This document shows, one piece after another, positions 14,001 through 28,419 of a stretch of DNA of 64,000 nucleotides. The stretch lies in contig CT868429.1 of assembly GCA_000165425.1 (NCBI GenBank), positions 509,337-573,336 on the forward strand, written 5' to 3'. The stretch comes from Paramecium tetraurelia (taxonomy: Eukaryota). The translations under genes were made by a program, and so were the position numbers. The notes beneath the pieces are model-generated. The model was not told the DNA's origin. It searched no databases and saw only the letters and a program-made list of their open reading frames with translations. Position 1 is the first letter of the stretch; the number at the start of each line of letters is the position of its first letter.

Positions 14001-16597
14001 TGAACGAGGGTCAATTAATGGATATTTAAGTTTTTTAAGAAAATGATGGAGACTTGAATGATGATAATATAATTGATAACTCAAATGTCCAAATTATAGA
14101 CATTGTGAGTGTTAAGTCAACCAAATTACCAAACATAGAGAGCAATTACTTATTACTTCCTTCTGGTTAATAAATATCATAATACAAATATTATTATGAG
14201 GATACCTAAGAACAAATACCTTATAATTGGATATTTAGAATTTACAATTTGGATAAGAATCTCAACATCATAAAGTCTATTTCAGCTACTGAGACCTGCA
14301 CTGTTTCAGGTCGATTGATGGACGAATTGAATTTAGATTACACTAAGTAGTTTTTGTAGAATTTCACTTCACAATCTGTATTCTAATTTGATGTCTCTAG
14401 CAATTCATTTAATTTTGACAACTTACAAATATATTTCGATCCATACTTGCAAGATTAAATCTTCTTATAACTCAAATGTAATCAATTATAATCTCTATAT
14501 TAGTCTCATGCACTTCCATAAAGATCCCAATATACAATTAGCAGTCTCCTTATAATGTGCTCTCCTATAATAAAAATTATGCACTCTATTTGAATTTGAG
14601 AACCATTCCTTGCTAAATCGGAGAAGCCTATCTGGATTAAAAATGTACCTCATGTAGTTCAGACAATACATATTCTGTTTAAGAGAACAGTGTATAATGT
14701 AAAGGCATAAATTCAATTCAAATGGAGAAGGTCACTCCTGTCAGAATCAAATTGAGAGAAGAATATTGGAGACCTTTTCCAAAAAACGATAATATTGAAG
14801 AATGTTATAACTTGCCTTCTAATTGTCTTGGAGGTTGGGTTCCTGGTGATACATCTTGCTATGATGGCCATATTGGAGCTTTGTGTGAATAATGTGACAT
14901 CTATGGAATCAGAGGACCTGAATATTCAGTAAGCAAAAAATACACTTGTGGTGCTTGTTCGGACACTCTTGAATCAAATATTCTCATCATTATTGGTATT
15001 TCAATATTTACTCTTGTGACTATGATCATGTCGGTCAAGGGCAACTATTCATTTATCGAGAATTTAATCCATCAACAAGTTCTATAATCAATAGGTGCAA
15101 GAATAAACATACAATAAAGTAAATATAGTATATCATTTAGATAATGCATCTATTATTATGAAATAATTAACCAATTATTTATAAATCATTGCATCCTTAA
15201 CTACATTCAGAATTTCAATACCTACTGCCTTTGTTTCATCTATGGAAGTATTGGGAAATCCAACTCAATCTATGGCATATTCTTTAGATTGTTTTTTAGT
15301 TACTTTTGCAACAATCGATTTATTGTACTTCAGAATGGCATGGGCTTTGTTAATGCCTTTATTTTATATGATTTTATTCTTTATTGGTTATTTTACAGGA
15401 GTGCTAATGAGGATTGCACCTTTTAAGATAGGAATCATATACACGACATTTATTTATATGTTCATCTATTTGCAGCCTACTTTAGTTGGAGGGTTCATCT
15501 CCTTATTGAGTTCAAGAACAGTCAGTGGAATAGAATGGGTTTAAAGCAATGTTAGCTATCAGTATTATACTGACATGCATCAATATTACATTTATATATT
15601 CATTGGTCCAAACCTATTACTTTGGAGTATCTTACTGCCTTTGACCTTTATGCATCTCATCAGAAGGAATAAGAACCAATTAGAAACTATGGAAATACGA
15701 AAGAGATGGGGATTCTTCTATCACGAATACACTAATTAAGCGTATCTTTGGGAATTCGTGAAAATCTTTGAAAAAGAGCTTGTGATCATTTCTTTGACTT
15801 ACTATGAAAACAAAATAGTTATTAAGGGATTAATCATATTTCTAATTGTATTTCTATATGGAGCATTTTCATTTGCATTTATTCCTTACAAATAGAAGAA
15901 GTTAAACTTCATTGATTAAATGTCCACTGCTGTTTGTTCCTGCTCATTATGTTTAGGAGTTCTTATTTATGCTAGTCAAAATGAAAGTTTAGATTATCTA
16001 TAGTACATAATGTTCTTAGTAATTGCAATAATCAATTCTCTTTTAATAGTTTTAATCCTCTATCATTTGTTTGAAGGGTATATCAATCAATTTAATGACA
16101 AACTGGATATTGTGAGAACCAAATTTAAATAGATATTCCCAAACATTGAATTCTAATACCCTTGTCTGAAAAAGTTTTTAATCAATAAGAAAGAGATGAA
16201 GGAAAAAGTCATCAATTATTGGGCAATACTCAGGTATGAAACCAGAGAGGGTATAAAAAGAAGAAGAACAGATAAGAGTGCTCCTCTCATCATATAGAAA
16301 AGAAAGAAATCGACTTCAGGTTCTTCAGACTTATCTGAAAAGGATCTAGAAATTAAGTAAGGTAATTCTATGGACCAACACAGAGATGTGAATAGTCCAG
16401 ACAGAGATGGTAAGGATGACGGTGTAAAGTTACTCAAAAGACCAAGTTCTAATTATAAAGGATTGAATGTATAATAAAATTCTTTGGATTCCTCGGAAAA
16501 TTTAAGCAAAGTGTTCCCTGAAGTTATTTCTGAAATCCCTTCGACTCGAAAAGAAGATAAAGATTAAAAGAAAATTATATTGAAGAGACCATTATGA
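8054..16597 (+). CDS. Giant (~2800 aa) surface/membrane protein: signal peptide, CxxC-rich furin-like repeats, beta-helix-like region, C-terminal multi-TM domain
   Basis: MLLLFTITII leader; many CxxC repeats (~8150-10000); GGSLYL/GGCIYI/GAAISV/GGGMAF motifs; CYDGHIGALCEQCD; then about 8 hydrophobic segments and WGFFYHEYTNQAYLWEFVK. Frame was spot-checked, not verified base by base. Confidence 0.85.
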
Positions 16598-16940
16598 GTA
16601 TTATATATAAAATGTTTTAATATTTTTAGTTTCTTTTTATTTCTTTATCATGATACCATTGAACTATCATCCAAATTATATTGTAAACTTAATATTCAAT
16701 CCCTTTGATTCGTTTTCTCACATCTAAATGGAATCAAAATAGATTGATAAATTACTGGTTCTTTATTTCTTTGAATTAATTTGTTAAATTTTTAGCAAGT
16801 ACACACACCAAATTTTATTAAAAGAATTAACTTAAAAATTGTATATTTTTTCTTTAATTGTATCATACATTATACCTCATCATTTCTTTAACACAAATAT
16901 AATTATTAAATCATTGATAATATTAATAATATTTAATAAT

Positions 16941-17177
16941 ATGGGTTGTTCAAACTAAAAATCGATGAAGATAAAACAATTCAGTACCAAAGATGACAAT
17001 CTTATATCAAGCCAATCTAATGTACTACTAGCAAGTAATAGCTCGAAGAAGGAAGTCACCATTTCTTCAACTAATCAAAGAAGAAGGTATTGCTTCAATT
17101 CAGTACCCAAGCTAAACCTCTCTACAAATGATCTTTATAAAAGAAGGAAATTTAAATAACTTTCCCATATAATTTGA
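16941..17177 (+). CDS. Small (78 aa) protein with an N-terminal MGC dual-acylation motif
   Basis: MGCSNQKSMKIKQF...VPKLNLSTNDLYKRRKFKQLSHII-TGA; intronless. Confidence 0.65.
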
Positions 17178-17925
17178 TCATTCCTTATATATATTTTATG
17201 ATACACTATTAATATTACTTCATCATTCCTTATTAAAAATTACCTAAAATGCTAACTCTATAATCACTTGTTCCCGATGTCCAATTATACTTATGGCTAA
17301 TCAAACTGATTCTAAAGAAAACAAAGCAGAATAGGTGCTATTTATAATTTTCAACTGGTTTCATCTTAGAAAATGTGAAATTGAAAAAGATTACATCTCT
17401 GCTGCATTATTTCTTAATCTAAGGGTGTCTTATATTACAATAAGTATTTTTAAACTTGTATAACGAATATTATTTTTTGGAGTGCTTATATGTATTAAAA
17501 AAAAATCATATTATTACTATTTTGGGAATCACATTATTATTAAAATATTTGAAAAATATAAATACATTAAAAAAATAATAACTTTATGAAATTAAATGAG
17601 AATCAGCTACCCAATCTCCTTTTAAGAAATCCGTATTTATTAAGTAGATTTGTTCCTCTTTTCATAGTTTACAATATGAGTTTGATTTATCATCCTTTAC
17701 TATTTCTTTCACGTGAATAATTATTGTTAATTAAATTTTCCTCATCTAAAGTTTATCAAAACAAATTCAATTAATAATTCGCTTCATTGTATATATTTTA
17801 AAATTATTTTAAATTATTTCTTCAAAAATACATATTACATTCTAGAATGCATTTACTTCTTTATTTCAAGTTGAAAATTCGGGTAAATGAATAAAATATA
17901 CAATTCAATTATTATTAAAATTATT

Positions 17926-20900
17926 ATGAAATCACTTAATCTATAATTTGGAGATAATCGATAGAATTAGAGAGAAGACATGTTTCTCGCAAACATAGTA
18001 GAAAAAGTATAATTAGGAAAAATTGGTTTGATATCTTTTGTTGATCAAGCCTAATTCATTGATTTGATGAGTTAGAAATACAAAAAAAAAATAAAAGTAT
18101 AACCTGTGTTCAATAAAATATATTAAACTATTTAAGTAAACTTGGCTAAGCATTAACAATCACAATCAAAGATTTAGGAAGTAAGTTATGAGATAAAAAC
18201 AATATCATCAACTCGCCAATTAGGTTATAGAGGATCAATTAATATTTCTAATAAAAGTGGGGCTCTGTTGTTACACAAGGATAGCAATTTAAAAGAACAC
18301 CAAACAAACGAATTTAGCGATAAGGAAATTTTGGATTAATAACTTGTAGAAGAAACAACTAAGACAGAAAAAAATAAAAGAAATTTCAGATTGTCATAAA
18401 TTACTTCGGATAAAAAAGAAATTAAAGACTTCAAGACAATTCACACGAGTCGTGATTATACCCAAGATTAATTATTGAAATAAGATAATTTATCAACAGC
18501 AAGGAATGAAAAATTCAATCACAATTTGTTGACCTAAGAAGAATCAGATCACTCTTAATCATAATTCAGAATCGAATCACAATAATCCTGTTTGATCCCA
18601 AGTGAAAACCTAAGGTATAGATTAAACACAAACTTCACTTCTGAAATATCAAATGGGTAAGTATAAAATTATTCTGCAACTTTTAATAATTAATTAGAGT
18701 CCCTATAATAATAACCTTTAACGTCTAGAAAACAATCAGATGTCATATTGAAGTCGATTAGAGGCAGTTATCATTAAGAGGCATACTTAATACGCTAGCC
18801 AGAAAACAATTCAAAGAAAACTTTGACTCCAGTTTCACAATCTAAAATCCCAAAACCATAAGGTTAAAAAACAACTGAAAACCATTAATAGGCAAATAAT
18901 GGAAATAGGAATGAGAAGTAATAATAATTTTAACCTAAATCTTAAAAAGCAACTCACAGACAGTAAAAATCATAAAAAGAAGTTAAACAAAAGAAATAAA
19001 TGTAACATTAACCTCAAAATTCATTAATTGAAACTTAACAATCTAAAAGAGATCTAGCTAAACATTAAGAAGAATAAAAAATACCTTAAGAAACTAGTTT
19101 TTGTGGTAACATGAATAATTCATAAAGAGCGACACGAAGGGAATTGGATGAAAGACAGTTAGAAAGTCCGTAATTTGTAAAAACAGATATGATGGATGAT
19201 ATGGTTATAACACATTCTCCATAATATTCTCTGACAAAGGAAATCAAATAACCTATACATAATAGACCAGATTCAAATTTAAAAAATAAAAGTGAGCATT
19301 CATTTTAGTCTAAGAGACAGACTATAGATTAATAAGAGATTAATTCATTAATGCCTCCCTTATCTTCAAGAACTTTAACTTCAATTCAGAAAGATAAGAT
19401 GGAGTAAAGAAACTCAGTGAGCAATAATTCAGAAACTGATTAGAAATAGCACAAGAATTAATTGACAGTTACAATTAAAAGAGGTTCTAAAAGGATGAAA
19501 TCCCATAACGTTTAAGGAAATGAAAATGAATATGATTAAGAAGAAGAAGAGAAAAAACGAAGATATTCATAAGAAAGAATATTCAAAAATGATAATAAAT
19601 TTGAAAAGATGGAAGAGGATAGATATTAATATACAATTAACAATTTAGAGTAGACTGGAAGTTCATCTTCATTAATTAATTATGAAAATGAAAATAATTA
19701 GATAAATATCTAAGTTAGCAAATGTGACAATAGGGAAAAAATAATAGAGGAAGAATCATTAGATGGTTCTATGAGATAACATTAGACAATTTTATTTTCA
19801 ACTTAGGATCATCTTAAGATTGGTGATAATTCATTTCATCCTTAGTCCTCCTCTAGAAGTGTTGCCAAATCTGTAACTCCGAATACTCCAATGGGATCTG
19901 TATATACTGCTTAACCTAGCAATACTAGCAGTGTCTAAAATAACCAAGTGTAAAGGAGGAAGAAGTAATCTAATTAGCATAAACGACCTTAATTATCGAG
20001 CGAATATTCTCAAACTAAGATTTCCATACAAAAATAGAAATCAGAAGATAGCAATTATGAAAAGGAATATACAAATGAATCTTCCCTAGAACCAGAACGA
20101 CCAAGCAGATTGAAACCCAAGAAATCACAATAGAAACTATAACCCCCTTCTTCCATCTAAATTTAATAATAGAGAAGAAAATCATCATCCTAAGTTTCTC
20201 CAATAGATGTATAATTCTTTATTTATTTTAATTAGCCAAGAAAAGCAGAACAAATTGACAAGGAAAAGCAAAAGTAAACCGAATATTAAAAACAAATTGA
20301 GAGAATGAAAATGGAAAGAGACTTGATGGGATAGTATAAGATTCCTGAAGACATGCCTCTTCCACAAAAAAAATAAATGATAGAATCACTAATTGGTGAA
20401 TTGAGTCATCAACATGACTAAGATGTTAAATATTAAGTTTCATTATGTAAATTAATTGTTATTTTTAGATAATGAAAGATAAGATTAAATCTAAAACATA
20501 TAAAAAAATTACGAAGAAAAGATAGATTTCAGATATAATATTGTTAACAGTTGCTATTCTGAAATGGACTATCTATGTGAAAATAAGCTAAAATTAAAAT
20601 AAAAAGACTAGGAAGTTCAAAAAATCATACATTTGAAATTTCAAGAATAACATAATAATAATCAAAATTAACAAAATCAAAATGGAGATAAAGAGGAGGA
20701 CTTAGGGTCTCCTTAAAGAAAATAAAGTAAGTTGGTCTGCAATTTTGATCCAGTGGAAATAGAGAATCAATTAAAGCGAAGATGTGAATTTATTAATGAA
20801 GCTGAATTACTCAAATTTCTAAAATCCTTTTAATCTGAATTTGATAAAAAGGTATATCAATGCAATCTCGATTATCCCATCTAGGAGATTAGGTAAGAAG

Positions 20901-21076
20901 ATAGACAATTTACAAAAGGGCTTATTGCTCGCAATTTCAAAAGGAAGCAGACCAAAAATATAACATCAAAAATTGAAATTAATAATTACTAAATGGATAT
21001 GAATAAAATTTAATATGTTAAAGAAAAAGCACCTAAAATCTAAAAACTAGGGTTATATCTTTTAATGAACTCTTGA
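17926..21076 (+). CDS. Hypothetical long Q/K/S/E-rich low-complexity protein
   Basis: Long code-6 ORF with introns near 20209-20235 and 20447-20468; no recognised domain. Confidence 0.7.
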
Positions 21077-21722
21077 TATATTTATAAGAAATTAATTTTT
21101 ATAAATTAAATAACAAATACTATTTTAATCAGATATCATCATTCCATATAATTTGAATAAGATTAATTATTGATTCATTTAAAATAAGAAATTTATAACA
21201 TAATTCCTTTATTACAATGCTATATGATAACAAATTAACATATTTTATCACATTTACTAAAACCATTTAATAAATAAAATAATCATAAATTTCATTACGA
21301 TTTTTTATGTTTGCAAGATAATCCTTAATTTGTTTCAGCATTTTCAAAAAAGAAATAACCAATTTTTAATTATATAAATCTGTTATGTATTAAGAAAAAT
21401 CAGTTCAAATTCAATTACATAATGATAAGCTAATATTTTTATTCTCGAATTAGATTTTGCTCTAACACATAATTTTTTGACTTTAAAATGGTATTTTCCC
21501 TTGAAAAATGGTACTAAGTTTAAAGAACAAAAATTGATAAGAATCTGTGCCTATACATTATATGTTTGAATTCTTCTTGGTTAACTTGTTATTAACTTAT
21601 ATTTATTAATTTTTCATTATCATTTTTGATTATTTTAAGGTTTTACTTGGATATTTTAACTTTTTTGATATATTTAATTCTCGTGAAATGAAAAGAAAGA
21701 AAATGATTAATAAAATTCAAAT

Positions 21723-22540
21723 ATGTAAATTATACAAATAGAGGAAACTATGTAATATATACTTTCTCATGTTTAGTGAAGAATAATCTCCTGAGAAACC
21801 TATTTAACTTTCAAACAAATACCAACTGACACCTACTCTTTTGCCAATTACTCCAACAAGAAAACTCTAAGATGTTCATTCTTATTACTCAAAATAAAAC
21901 ATTAGTCCACTTTTAAATGAAGATGAAGAGTAATTTGAAGATTTAGAAGATCTTTAAGACATGTATAGTAAGTCTAGTGATTGTCAATTACTTACTGGCT
22001 TAAATACATGTCCAGCTTTGACCGATAATAGAAGAAAAAGTGAGGAATAGATTCAATTGTCTTAAGTAAAGGTTCTTATTATCATAGTATATGTTTTATT
22101 ATAAATCAAGTCAAAAAATATCTATTCCTCGAGCATCTATTTTCAAAATTTAACATTTAACACAAAACAAGCTGAAACAATCAAATATTAACTTACCTTA
22201 AATTAAACAAATTTAAGAATGAGTAGAAAAGAATTAAAATAATTAATTAATTTTTGTCATAATCTACACTTTATTTACAATAATATTCAATCTGTATAAA
22301 AAAAATATATTTTATAATAAAGAATAAAAAAAGTCTTAGTTAAATTTTAATTATAATTAATAGTTTAGGTTATTTAGGGGGGAAGAAGTTATCCCAAAAT
22401 TTCTTAATATTCCTAAAAAACTCAATTCTGTTAATACTAAAATAAATACATACCAGCAAAAAAAAGGACAAGTAAAGTAAGTAATTAGATATGAAGCTAA
22501 AGATGACAAGGATCTAAGTATTATTAGAAGAATTGTATGA
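21723..22540 (+). CDS. Hypothetical protein or partial pseudogene; 3' end uncertain
   Basis: ATG 21723, intron 21752-21776, then EEQSPEKPIQLSNKYQLTPTLLPITPTRKL...EDEEQFEDLEDL; frame becomes ambiguous after ~22080. Confidence 0.4.
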
Positions 22541-23379
22541 AATCAATCTCATTGATTAAGATCTACAAAATTATAGAATAAGGATTTTATTCAAAAGAAG
22601 ACAAATAATCATAAATACAATTTTACAATTAAAAATATATATATAAATTATATTCGCGAAAAACTAAATTAGAGAAATAAAGAGAGATAAAAATAGGTTG
22701 GTTGAATAAACTTTTGAATAGTCATTAAAAAGAAAAAAGTGATTCGATGATCATTTCAGAACTGAAAAATGGTAATCCTTTCTAATTCACATTTTTTGAA
22801 ATATTATTTAAAATATCTTGTACATTACTTCATCAATTTAATCATTGGATTTTTGCTAAACAGCATTTTTATTTTTTATTAAATATTATCATATTATTCT
22901 TTATCAAGAGTCAGATGGAATCTGATTTAAAGAATATTTAGTTATTAAATTAGTCACTAATTTTCATCCTAAACATTAAATTAATTTCTTAAATAAAAAT
23001 AACTATTATATCTAACATAATTAAATTTAATTGAGAACATCTAATAACAAATTCAAATTCATCCTTAGACTGCTACTTTAAATAAAATAATAAATCTCTA
23101 AATTAATAAAAGAAATTTTATACATTATAACTTTTAGAAAAAGGAAAATTTTAAACTATTATTTAGGTTATTTAACATAGTACTAATTTCTTAAGTGCTC
23201 GAATTTTAAAGAATTTTAGTAAGCAATTTTATTATGAAAATGTATTGGTTAATTGTTGACTTTAAAACATAAGTTTATTTTAGAATTATTTGTCCTTGTA
23301 TAATATTGAGAGGAAAGTAGAATGATTAACAAGTGGTAATTTATATTAAATAATTAAAAGATTTATTTAGTGTTTTGAA

Positions 23380-23914
23380 ATGGGAAAATTGTAAGAATTA
23401 GACTTATTTTAAGCTTAAAACCAGGAAGATTAGTTGTAATGTTGGCAGGCAGATAAGCAGGAAAAAAAGCCATTTTAATTAAGGCAAATGAGGAGACAAC
23501 AAAAGTATATAAAATTAAAAATTAGTTAGGACTGCAAATTCCCTAATGGTTTGGTTGTTGGAATTTAAAGATATCCCAGAAAAGTAACAAAGAGAATGGG
23601 TTAAAAATAAATTAGAAAGAGAACAACATTAAAGGTTTTCATTAAGCAATTAAATCTGAATCACATTATGCCAACAAGGTTTAGAATGGCATTATAATTA
23701 TGATAGATATAGATTAGAAGAATCAACTTTGAAAGAAGTTAGAGATAGAATCGAGAGAGTGAAGGAATCAGAATTGAAGAATGTTGAAAAGAGAAAAGAT
23801 TTGAGAAAGAATTTGAGAAAATATTTGGCAGAGAAATACAGAACATTACCAGCAGGAAGTTTGGCTGATAAGAAGGCATAATCAAGATTCCTATTTTCAA
23901 AATTGAGGTTCTGA
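23380..23914 (+). CDS. RPL27: 60S ribosomal protein eL27
   Basis: MGKFLKPGRLVVMLAGRQAGKKA...GIQRYPRKVTKRMG...NLNHIMPTRY...FLFSKLRF; three short introns. Confidence 0.95.
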
Positions 23915-24001
23915 TTTATTACATAAGTATAATTGCATTAAGAAATGTATTTAGTATAAATTGTCTTGTTTATAATGTTCTTAAATGAGGGTAATTATAC
24001 A

Positions 24002-25235
24002 TCATTATTGTTACTATTACTTTAATTTTCTTTGAGTTCTAGTGAAATAGAACTTGGCCTTCTCCTCTTGAGTTTAGAAACGTCCTAATAAAATAGAATT
24101 AAGATAGTACCATGTCCAATTTTGGATGATGTATCAACAAATTTGAGAGTGATTTCTTCCAAAGCCTTTCTGCTAGTTTATGGAACAAGAGACTTTCTCA
24201 ACAAGACGACTCTCTTCTTGGGTCCAACAATACCTCCCTTGAGCATGAGGAAATCGTTTCTGATTTCACCATAGTGTGGGAAACCACCCAATGGGGTGAT
24301 TGCCTTTGAAGTCAAATCGGCTTCGGTAGATGCAGTGTTCTTGTCTCCAGCAGCACCAATTCTGTAGATCTTTTTGTTCATTTCAGTTCTGTGATGGTAA
24401 CCCAATTGACCAGTTCTGGCAACACTGTATCTGACATTGGCTGGATGCCATCCTCCGATACAACCAACTCTTCTCCAACCTCTATGGGTCTTCTTTTGTA
24501 AATGCTTAACACCAAATCTCTTGATGACACCAGCAACTCCCTTACCCTTGGTAACACCGAGAACGTCAATTTATTCGTTTTAATTGAAGACTTAATCTAC
24601 TTTGACTTCCTTTTCTAATAATCCCTTGGCAAAGTTCACCTTTTATTCGGTATTACCTCCATTGACTTAGACTTCAAAGACGTGATTCTTCTTTTATCTC
24701 AAGTTCAATTTGCTCATTTGAGTGTGAACAATGACTCTGACAACTTAGCAATATCTAAATAGTTTAATTAATATTTTTACTTAACGATTCTCTTTAATTA
24801 GGTTTCCAAATTCTTTGGCTCAGCATTAGCTTTGTTGTAATTGGTGAAGGCCTTCTTCTTTGAGTTGATCCAATTCTTGTAGAATCTTCTCAATGTGTCC
24901 TTGGCAATCTTAGTACTCCAAACAGTGGTCAAAGCTCTTAATCCTCTTGGTGTTTCGATATATCCAACAATACCAACGACAACCAAAGGTGGGGTTTCAA
25001 CGATGGTGACGGCTTCAACGACTACGTTACCATTCAATTTTGATCCTGGTCTTTCAACAGTTCTCAAGATGTGGGTCATACCAGCCTTGAATCCTGCAAA
25101 GGCTGTCAAATGAGGTTGAGCCTTAGTATTATCCTTTGGGAAAGCTCGGATTCTTCCTCTGTGATGCTTTGTTCTCTTTCTTGGAGTAAATCCTAGATTT
25201 CCGTGTCTTGGTGCCTCAAACTTTCTGTGGGACAT
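24002..25235 (-). CDS. RPL3: 60S ribosomal protein uL3
   Basis: [16 protein letters not shown]...GFKAGMTH...GGFPHYG...[12 protein letters not shown]; two introns; ends KLKQQQQQ-TGA. Confidence 0.98.
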
Positions 25236-25533
25236 TTAATATATAAAAAATCTTTAAAAAATTTTTAAATCACTTTTCAAATTTAATGCTCATTTTTTAT
25301 TTTATATTATTATTACTCCGTATATTCTAATATGAATTCCCACTATTCTAAAATCCTGATGACTCTTCTTGTATTGAGGAATCACCCCAAACATTGGATT
25401 CAATTTTTTATTATTTCGAAAGTCATAATAAATCTATTCATTTTCAGAAAAAAAGGAGACTAATAATAATATTCCATTATTCATTCATTTTATTTACACT
25501 TAATGATTATATTTATTGAATAATAATATAATA

Positions 25534-26308
25534 ATGTAAATTAACCAAGTTCAATATCCAAACTAAAAGTACAAAACATAGCTCTGCAGACATTTCAGTA
25601 AATCATGGTTTAAGTTTAGTAACAAATGGGAATTGTGCTTTAGGTGCAAGATGTTAATTTGCTCATGGAAGAGAGGAGCTTAGAGGTAATGCTAATGGAT
25701 TTTAACCTAATTCTGATTTCATGATGCCTTAACATTAATAAGGAGTTCTTCCTGTTAAGGTTTAACCAATTAATCCCATGATTGCGAATTATAAGAGTAT
25801 TATTAAGATTAAACATTTCATAGCATAATTATGTAAGCACTTCAATCCACAAACTGGATTATGTAAAAATGGATTTACATGCACATTTGCTCATGGTGAA
25901 TAGGAACTAAATTAAATTAATCCTTATTTTCAGAATCAATATATGCAACAGCAGCAGTATTAAATAATAAATATCACAGGATTGTGCAGCAACAAATCAA
26001 ATAGTAAAATTAAGCTTAAATATAAGCTGAACTCACCTAATAAATTTTAATTATGATTCTTACTAACATGGAACATATTTTTCCTGACTCACAAGTAAAT
26101 TGTCTCCATAATTTAGGACATAATAAACATTTTAAGACAGGGCTAAGAAAAAGCAAAATAAGGTGATAATTAAGGAGCGAGTGAAATTATTAAATTAATC
26201 ATTCATGACGAGTAGAGGACTAAAGAAGAAAAATAATAATATCAATAGATTTACAACAATGCTTAAAGACATTATGATTCTAAATTAAAAGAGTACTTAA
26301 ATCAATGA
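25534..26308 (+). CDS. Tandem CCCH zinc-finger RNA-binding protein (TIS11/TTP-like fingers)
   Basis: KYKTQLCRHF...GNCALGARCQFAHG and LCKHFNPQTGLCKNGFTCTFAHG; Q-rich linker; four introns. Confidence 0.9.
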
Positions 26309-26429
26309 TTTTATATTATTATATGTGAAAGCAGATATAGATTTCATTTTATCATAGATGAAAGTTTAAATTGTAAATTATTGAATGTAATTAATATTTT
26401 CTATCCATTTAATCAAAATGTATAATAGA

Positions 26430-27803
26430 AACTGTCCTTTCATATTTATTTTCTTGATTCACTTAATATATTACTAATTATGCTCTTTATTCCATTTATC
26501 TCCTTCAGTAATTATTAAATGACTTTTTATTAATTTAATTAGTTTATTTAAGATTCTTCGGTAATTAGAACTGTTTAAATTTCCGTTGATATTAACTTTT
26601 ATTCTGAATTATTCTTTTAATATTTTACACATTTTATGATTTAAATAAAAACAAAATTTCTATTTCTTTCAATTTCTCTGCTTGGCATAATTAAAAACTT
26701 AACGAATAATGAACATTATTATTTTTATATGAATTTATTAATGATCCTATATTATCCTAATTTTTCAATAGAATCTTTTATCAGTAATGGCAATCCCTTA
26801 TATTAAATATTTAGAAAATTATTAGATTTAATAATAGTTGGTATCTTATTGTTTCTTAATTACATAGTTTGGACTTTATTTATTAATTTTGCAGTGTAAC
26901 TTCCATTTCATTATTTTAAGATTAATGTGGAATGTTTGTAGTTCTGTATTGAGAAAGTTGAGGATCAGGATTGTCATTATTATTACAAGAAAATTTTTCA
27001 AAGATTAGTTAGATCCTTTTTATTAGATACATTAGTTTCTAAAATTTCATAAGCTATCAGGTTGATAAATGAGAGATTTAATTTTGAATGTCCAACAACA
27101 TTAACTCAAATTTGTTGAGTATTTCTGAATTATTTTAGTTTTTATTATCTTTTGTTTAATTTTAATTTTAGCATTATTATATTGGAAATCATATGATAGT
27201 TCAGGTTTTTAGAATGCATTCTCTATTAATCTTTAGCATATGAGTTGTTTTTACTTAATGATTCTTATTATATGAATTGTTTCCATTGTTCTTAAAAAAT
27301 CAATTATTTTTAAGATGTAATTTTTTTAATAATATTAATCTTCTCCTATCTAATGTTGTTTGATTTTACCTTAAATCCTAAGATTAAAGGCATCAATGAT
27401 TTCTTTCTACTTGCTTATATTTTAATCTGATTAAATTAAATCAAATAGTATTTTTCATTCGTTTAGTTTCTGACTATATTTTAATTATAGATTGGTTAAA
27501 CTTTGCTCTAATTCCCAATTTTATGGGGTTTATCATTAAATAAGGTACTATTAGATTTTGATTAAAATATTTTTTTTACATTAATAATAATTACCTGTGT
27601 TATTAATGATATAAGTATTCTCATGATTTTTGGGAATACAAGTATGCTTATGTCAGATTTCTGGGAGATAGAACATCAAGCTTATATTTAGATTGAGAAT
27701 GAATCCAGGTTAACTAATTGAGTAGAAGAGGATTTGTATATGGAGTAATATAATTTGATTGTTTTACATTCAAAATCGAAAGGGCATTTTTTAATTTTTT
27801 CAT
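26430..27803 (-). pseudogene. Probable decayed coiled-coil-type gene
   Basis: Minus strand has coding-like Q/K/I/N runs, but every frame I checked at the 5' end hits TGA; boundaries approximate. Confidence 0.3.
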
Positions 27804-27987
27804 TCTGAAAATGTATCTTATTTTATTATGCATGATCTTATCTACCAAATAAGATTTGTGTTCAGTAAGATGAGAACCCTGAAGATACTCTTGAATTTTG
27901 GAAAATATAGCATATTTTTATTCATCTTTATTGGTATTAAAGTTCTTCTTGAATTATTTATTTTAAGATTCAAATTACTAGTATTAA

Positions 27988-28419
27988 ATGAAATCAGAGA
28001 ATTCAGGCCCTTTAAACTAAGAGTATCTTGAGCTGACGATAAATCATCCAAAATAATAAGATATCAGCAATAGTACAAATGCGAAATAGGGTCATTGGAG
28101 TCAGGAGGAGCATCAATAATATGTCTAATTCTTACTTCGAGCAAAAGGATCAGGAGATTCGCAAAGAAAAGGACAACCATTATTTAAAAGGATGAGTTAG
28201 ATAATTGGCACTCGAACGCCAAGTTAATGCAGGTACTATTTTTATGCAATTAGATCCCATCACTAAAAATTCAATCCATTTAATCCTCGTTTGAGAAGAA
28301 ATCATAAGAGAAGATAATTGGCAAAAATAGAAAAGCCTTTTAATAGAACAAAACAACTCATCAGATAATATTTTAATAAACACAAAATTCATTCTGATGA
28401 TGAAAATGAGAATGAATGA
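27988..28419 (+). CDS. Single-repeat Myb/SANT (SHAQKYF-class-like) DNA-binding protein
   Basis: KQGHWSQEEHQQYVQFL...FKRMSQIIGTRTPSQCR|SHHQKF with intron 28233-28253; start codon tentative. Confidence 0.85.
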
